This document shows positions 57,801 through 64,000 of a stretch of 64,000 nucleotides of DNA, one piece after another. The stretch's first letter is position 1. Each line of letters begins with the position of its first letter. Made by a program: the position numbers and the translations under genes. Source of the stretch: Carpediemonas membranifera BICM (taxonomy: Eukaryota > Protista > Fornicata); NCBI GenBank assembly GCA_019828565.1, contig JAHDYR010000007.1, positions 967,531 to 1,031,530 on the forward strand. The letters are read 5' to 3'. Below the pieces are notes generated by a model. The model ran no database searches. It saw only the letters and a program-made list of their open reading frames with translations, and was not told the origin of the DNA.

Positions 57801-59210
57801 TTCCCAAATATCGGGGAAAGCGGACACGAGCTCTTCGAGCTGGGGCTTTATCGCTGAGTCCGGAATATCCGGGTGGTTCTCTTCCACTTCAGCTGTGTTC
57901 AGATCCTCGTCGAGGTATCTGTGAGTGAATGGAACCCACTCTGATTCGTCCTCTGAGCCTAGCTTCTCGAGGTTGAAGTTGAGTGTCTCATCGTCGATGA
58001 ACTTGAGCGACCTAAGAAGGTCACAGCCCAATAGGACCTTAAAGGCTTCACCTGGAAGCACATAGAACTTCCAGGTCGTCGTAATGGGCACTGGGCCGAG
58101 CCGTTCTAGACGGAAGGTGAGCGTAGCTACTTGGTTCGTCCGAACCTTGTGGTTATCCCCTAGGGTCACAGTGATCCACTCTCCAGTGTCAACTGATACA
58201 GCGTCCCTGGGTAGCTGGCGTACAGCCTTCTGGCTCATAAAGCATATACTTGCTCCAGTGTCGACAGTAAAAGAATACTCACGGCCATTTATAGTTGCCG
58301 TGGTTGTCATGGGACCGGCAGACGAAGTCTGGGCCGCGTTGGCCTGAGCCTGGCGCTCCTCAGTGGCGAACTTCGGGTGCTGAGGGCAGCGGTAGTCCTT
58401 GTGCCAGCCCTGACAAAACTTGCAGGGTCTGGTAAGAGGCTGAGGAGCCTGCTGGCCCGAAGGGCGCTGACCCTGAGGTCTGGAGAGGTTGGGGCCCTGA
58501 GGGCGCTGGCTGTTGGCAGGATGCGTAGGGCCTCGGCCCACACGCTTGACGTGGCCGGCTGGAGCCGGGACGTGGGCCTTCTGGCCCCTGGGGGGACCCT
58601 GGCGGTCAAGGAACTTAGCCGCCTTGACCGCCGACTTGACTGTATCGTCGAAGGAGTCATCGCCCCATAGGAGCGAGATCCATCTCGTCTTAGTCTTCAG
58701 GGCCTTAGGCCGCTGGAGGCGTCGATGAGCAGTCTGCTACAGAGCTGCTCAAAGCGGTGACGTCTGGAGGATACCTCCTCGTCCGTGGCGGCCTCGGGGA
58801 GGTCCTCGCCCGGAGGAAGGGAGTCGAAGAGACGCATCCGGTTTCGGAAGCTGGCGACCAGCACACGGGTTGCTCGCTCGATAGAACCCATGGCGGTGCC
58901 GTTGGGGACATTACGGGTACTGTCCCAGTCAAGAGAGAGAGATGCTAGGTTATCTAGCAGGTCGATGACGTTGTCAGGAGTTACGAGCTTGCGCATCAGA
59001 GTGGAGAGTTGATCAAGGGTAGCTCTCGTGAAATCGACGTCGGGGTATTGTGCTTGAAGTTCTGTGATGTCTTCGAGTGACAAGAAGTCCGTGGGAGCAA
59101 CCTTGCTGTTCGTTGCAAGGAAAATCCTGCCCATACGCTGTCATGGGTCTCACCCAAGATTACACAGATTTATATATGATATTAGTTAGTCAAGGAGTTT
59201 CTCCTCGACA
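54897..59210 (-). mobile_element. Ty3/Gypsy chromovirus C (gag-PR-RT-RH-IN-chromo, 3' LTR 54897-54970, 5' LTR not seen)
   Basis: CKFCQGWHKDYRC, VDTGA, CPFGL/YLDD, TDAS, VDSM/SDNG/AER, VKWLGY; PPT GAAGGGGGTAG then TGA..TCA (74 bp) ending at the host junction. Confidence 0.9.
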
Positions 59211-59264
59211 CCATTGTGTCGAGTCTTCTCCTCTTGTAAACTTAGTTCGTCAAACGAACCACAC

Positions 59265-59618
59265 AACCACGCAGTCCGCCTCGTAGACCTGTTCGAGGGT
59301 GAGCCATTCGTGGCCCACCGGGACCAGCTCATCCGTTTCAAGACACGCAACGGCCTTCAGCGCCTCAAGGCCCTGGTCGCCTCGGACGACCAGTCGTACG
59401 AAGTCGAAGATATCAAGAAGCACCGCCGTAAGAACGGCACGCTCGAACTACTGACCCAGTGGGTCGGGTATGACGAGCCCACGTGGGAGCCGGCCTCCAA
59501 CCTGCGACACGTTGCCGTTGCCCGCGACTATCTCAAGAAGCATAAGCTCAAGCTTAGGGAGGCAGGATGTGACGCGGTCCACTCCCTCTTCTTCCCCGCA
59601 GTTTAAGTAAATCGTTCA
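59265..59618 (+). mobile_element. 3' fragment of another chromovirus (chromodomain, PPT, short LTR candidate 59568-59618)
   Basis: YEVEDIKKHR..LLTQWVGYDEPTWEP; AGGGAGGCAGGA followed by TGTGAC. Confidence 0.75.
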
Positions 59619-59619
59619 A

Positions 59620-60190
59620 CGTCCCAGCACACGGCCGCCACCGACGGAGCTGTTTTGGCAGAACGCAGCGGTGTTGCTTTGGGAGTACTGCTAAGAGTAA
59701 CACCCGCCGCGTCTAAGAGCCGCTTGAAGGAATCTACGATGTCCTTCAGTGCTCTCACCGTCAAACGCACAATCTTCTTGTTGTTCACGTCCTTCATCAG
59801 CTCGACGATGGCCGCTTCGGAGCACAGCGTTGTCTATCGATCGAGTCGTTGTCGGAGTCGGTGTCGCTGGCGTCAACCTCGTTGACTGAGCCGCTCTGGA
59901 GGCGTCCTGAGGCATTTCTGGCCCATGACTTCTTAGCAGCAGGCTCCTGAGGTTGGCGGGTCCTGTCCTCGCGGCTGGGCGCGCTGGGGGGCCGCTGGAC
60001 CTGACCTGGGCGGGCTGGGCTGCTTGGGCTGCCCTAGCCGCCTGGGATGGCTTGGCTGTTGCGGTGGACTGCTGGCGTTGAAGCATCGCGCAGCGCTCGG
60101 TTGTGTGGGTGGTGTTCCACCCGTGGTGGTCACAACGGTACTTGTAGGCTCTGGGGACGAAGAACTTGGTCTTGTCCTTGAACTGTAAAG
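59620..60190 (-). pseudogene. Gypsy gag fragment related to Gypsy A
   Basis: QFKDKTKFFVPR..CDHHGWNTTHTTERC versus QFKDKSKYFIPR..CDYHGYNTSHTSAQC in element A. Confidence 0.7.
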
Positions 60191-60195
60191 GTAAT

Positions 60196-62786
60196 TGTAC
60201 ATAGCTAAGTAAACATGGCTGACCGTCCCGCGATTGGGCGCGTGAGTCTGGTGTCGACATCTGAGGTCGACCCAATCTGGGCGCGGCAGGACCGCGCGCT
60301 ACCGGAATACGCAGGGTGTAATGCGCCCTGCTGATTCCAGGAGCGCGCCGTCTGGCTGCATCCAGCTCGCGGTTTGGGTGTCGACCCCACTTCGCGACTC
60401 TCGCTCGACCAGCCGTTTTGCAGGCAGAGACGAGGCCCTCTGGCTGTCCCCACAGCAGACACCGGGCAGTGTCTGCGTGCTGCGCAGCTAGGCAGGAGGC
60501 GATCGCGTGTTGGCTTGCGGCGGGGGGCCGATCTGGGTGAGTCAGACGAACCACCACGCGTCGAGACGAGTCGCTATAGCCAGTTCACTTGTACAATATG
60601 ACGCAATAATGAGGTGTATTGCACGACACACGCGGCTGGCGACAGATGCCCGGGAGGCGCGCGAGCAGAAGTGTGACTGGTGTCGACTCTGCGCGCTGCC
60701 AGTCTGAGCTGCTTGCGCCGAGCCAGCAGCAGCGCGGGTTCATTGCACATAGCTAAGTAAACATGGCTGACCGTCCCGCGATTGGGCGCGTGAGTCTGGT
60801 GTCGACATCTGAGGTCGACCCAATCTGGGCGCGGCAGGACCGCGCGCTACCGGAATACGCAGGGTGTAATGCGCCCTGCTGATTCCAGGAGCGCGCCGTC
60901 TGGCTGCATCCAGCTCGCGGTTTGGGTGTCGACCCCACTTCGCGACTCTCGCTCGACCAGCCGTTTTGCAGGCAGAGACGAGGCCCTCTGGCTGTCCCCA
61001 CAGCAGACACCGGGCAGTGTCTGCGTGCTGCGCAGCTAGGCAGGAGGCGATCGCGTGTTGGCTTGCGGCGGGGGGCCGATCTGGGTGAGTCAGACGAACC
61101 ACCACGCGTCGAGACGAGTCGCTATAGCCAGTTCACTTGTACAATATGACGCAATAATGAGGTGTATTGCACGACACACGCGGCTGGCGACAGATGCCCG
61201 GGAGGCGCGCGAGCAGAAGTGTGACTGGTGTCGACTCTGCGCGCTGCCAGTCTGAGCTGCTTGCGCCGAGCCAGCAGCAGCGCGGGTTCATTGCACATAG
61301 CTAAGTAAACATGGCTGACCGTCCCGCGATTGGGCGCGTGAGTCTGGTGTCGACATCTGAGGTCGACCCAATCTGGGCGCGGCAGGACCGCGCGCTACCG
61401 GAATACGCAGGGTGTAATGCGCCCTGCTGATTCCAGGAGCGCGCCGTCTGGCTGCATCCAGCTCGCGGTTTGGGTGTCGACCCCACTTCGCGACTCTCGC
61501 TCGACCAGCCGTTTTGCAGGCAGAGACGAGGCCCTCTGGCTGTCCCCACAGCAGACACCGGGCAGTGTCTGCGTGCTGCGCAGCTAGGCAGGAGGCGATC
61601 GCGTGTTGGCTTGCGGCGGGGGCCGATCTGGGTGAGTCAGACGAACCACCACGCGTCGAGACGAGTCGCTATAGCCAGTTCACTTGTACAATATGACGCA
61701 ATAATGAGGTGTATTGCACGACACACGCGGCTGGCGACAGATGCCCGGGAGGCGCGCGAGCAGAAGTGTGACTGGTGTCGACTCTGCGCGCTGCCAGTCT
61801 GAGCTGCTTGCGCCGAGCCAGCAGCAGCGCGGGTTCATTGCACATAGCTAAGTAAACATGGCTGACCGTCCCGCGATTGGGCGCGTGAGTCTGGTGTCGA
61901 CATCTGAGGTCGACCCAATCTGGGCGCGGCAGGACCGCGCGCTACCGGAATACGCAGGGTGTAATGCGCCCTGCTGATTCCAGGAGCGCGCCGTCTGGCT
62001 GCATCCAGCTCGCGGTTTGGGTGTCGACCCCACTTCGCGACTCTCGCTCGACCAGCCGTTTTGCAGGCAGAGACGAGGCCCTCTGGCTGTCCCCACAGCA
62101 GACACCGGGCAGTGTCTGCGTGCTGCGCAGCTAGGCAGGAGGCGATCGCGTGTTGGCTTGCGGCGGGGGGCCGATCTGGGTGAGTCAGACGAACCACCAC
62201 GCGTCGAGACGAGTCGCTATAGCCAGTTCACTTGTACAATATGACGCAATAATGAGGTGTATTGCACGACACACGCGGCTGGCGACAGATGCCCGGGAGG
62301 CGCGCGAGCAGAAGTGTGACTGGTGTCGACTCTGCGCGCTGCCAGTCTGAGCTGCTTGCGCCGAGCCAGCAGCAGCGCGGGTTCATTGCACATAGCTAAG
62401 TAAACATGGCTGACCGTCCCGCGATTGGGCGCGTGAGTCTGGTGTCGACATCTGAGGTCGACCCAATCTGGGCGCGGCAGGACCGCGCGCTACCGGAATA
62501 CGCAGGGTGTAATGCGCCCTGCTGATTCCAGGAGCGCGCCGTCTGGCTGCATCCAGCTCGCGGTTTGGGTGTCGACCCCACTTCGCGACTCTCGCTCGAC
62601 CAGCCGTTTTGCAGGCAGAGACGAGGCCCTCTGGCTGTCCCCACAGCAGACACCGGGCAGTGTCTGCGTGCTGCGCAGCTAGGCAGGAGGCGATCGCGTG
62701 TTGGCTTGCGGCGGGGGGCCGATCTGGGTGAGTCAGACGAACCACCACGCGTCGAGACGAGTCGCTATAGCCAGTTCACTTGTACA
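60196..62786. repeat. Tandem array, 548-bp unit, about 4.7 near-identical copies
   Basis: Period 548 (units start 60196, 60744, 61292...); one unit has a 1-nt shorter G run. Confidence 0.97.
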
Positions 62787-64000
62787 AAATCAGAGCCTGC
62801 CTGGGGGAACCAGCCGGGGAGAAGAGAGCCAAGCCACGAGAGCAGATAGTACAAGACAGCGCATGGGCCGACCTCCATGAAACAGAATGGTCAGAAGCAG
62901 GCAACAAGGTGAGGACGAGACTAATGAACAGCGAACTGAAGAAGTACTGGGACAAACGCAGAGAAGAGTGGATAGCCGACCTCAGCAAGAGCACAAGAGA
63001 GGGATACAAAGCATCGAGATCAATGGTAGAGGCTGCAGTCAGAAGATGGTGGTGCGACAACCAGTACAAAGGGATGCCTGGCAGCCTGCTCAAGGACGGA
63101 ATGATCACCACGGACAAGGCCACGATCAGTGAAATCCTGCTTAAGCAGTACGCGAAGGTAAGTAGAGGCAGAGAACCAGAGTGGAAGGAGTGGCCTGGCA
63201 TAGGAAGGGACGAATTCTCCAAGGAGGAAGTGAAAGCAGCCATCAGTAAGATTAAGAGAGACACAGCCCCGGGCCCAGAGAACACAACAGGGACCATGCT
63301 AAGAGAACTCAATGAGCGAGGACTCAAGGAGCTTACCAGATTTATGAACAGGGTATATAGAGAAGGGAAGATCCCAGAGACGTGGAAATACGCAACAGTG
63401 TCAGCTATCCACAAGACCGGAAAACTCAGAGTTAAGCCAGAGTCGTATAGACCCATCTCGCTCACCCCGTTGCTGTACAGAGTATACGGTCGGCTGTTAA
63501 AGAAGAGACTGGAGAAGGCCACCAAAAGGTTCATACCCAGAGAACAGGCAGGATTCCAACCTGAAAGGGACGTAGTGCAGCAGATCCAGTATATAGTGCA
63601 GAGACACCAGGAAGGGGGGGAGACGACCTCAGTGTTCCTAGACATAGAGAAGGCATACGACACAGTGCCAAGAGACACCCTGATGGACAAACTCCAGGGG
63701 AATGGGAGTGGAGGCCCACCTTATCAGAGCAATCCAGAGCACACTACAAGAGACATGGATATCAGTGAAAGGGGCTAAGTCATGGGAAAGGACAAACAGG
63801 GGGTGAAGCAAGGGGTGCGTACTAGCCCCGACCCTGTTTGTTCTCTTCATGGCAAACTGGCCCCACCTGGTCAGGAAAAAGCACATGAGCGAGCCCTATG
63901 ATATCAGAGAACCACCAGTGGAAGCAATGAAGTGCCAGGCGGGCGGCAGATGGTCGGACGCCACCGCTGGACGTTGGTGGTTCGGTGGACGTAAAACGGG
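62787..64000 (+). mobile_element. LINE ORF2 reverse-transcriptase fragment
   Basis: APGPE, YRPISL, QAGF, FLDIEKAYDTV and, after a frameshift, GVKQGCVLAPTLF. Confidence 0.9.

Noticed and set aside
60196-62786. CRISPR array, hammerhead ribozyme, or coding ORFs in the tandem repeat
   Set aside because: Units are identical with no unique spacers; no CUGAnGA/GAAA core found on either strand; the ORFs are GC-rich shadows

Overview
Eukaryotic (protist) DNA in two distinct parts. (1) 1-13.2 kb: densely packed + strand housekeeping genes with 28-34 nt GT-AG introns: a dNK, CAF1/POP2, RPT4, RPL27A, an ABCF with a degenerate first ATPase site, a possible gamma-tubulin complex protein, and a bacterial-type deoC cut at its catalytic lysine by a fold-back inversion. 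The style suggests a Carpediemonas-like fornicate (inference only). (2) 13.3-64 kb: a nested mobile-element cluster that can be reconstructed from target-site duplications (TSDs). A chromodomain Ty3/Gypsy element with ~50-bp LTRs (13616-49319, TSD TCAG) contains a LINE in its gag gene (21796-48404, 15-bp TSD). That LINE's very large ORF1 carries a Maelstrom-like DEDDh/ECHC nuclease domain and is itself split by a 19.2-kb CMC/CACTA-like DNA transposon (23009-42207, 75-bp TIRs, 2-bp TSD). The transposon carries about a dozen cargo genes with a chromatin theme: PHD, chromodomain, SET, OTU-like protease, CDC7-like kinase, a dead tyrosine-recombinase fold with a Rad21-like motif, RCC1-like repeats and HEPN. 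Further right are degenerate tyrosine-recombinase-like genes, a second left arm of the transposon, more chromoviruses, a 548-bp tandem array and a LINE RT fragment. The two best candidates for undescribed systems are the chromatin-toolkit giant transposon and the Maelstrom-encoding LINE. All domain calls are by-eye motif recognition; no searches were run. Most frameshifts fall in homopolymer runs and may be assembly errors.
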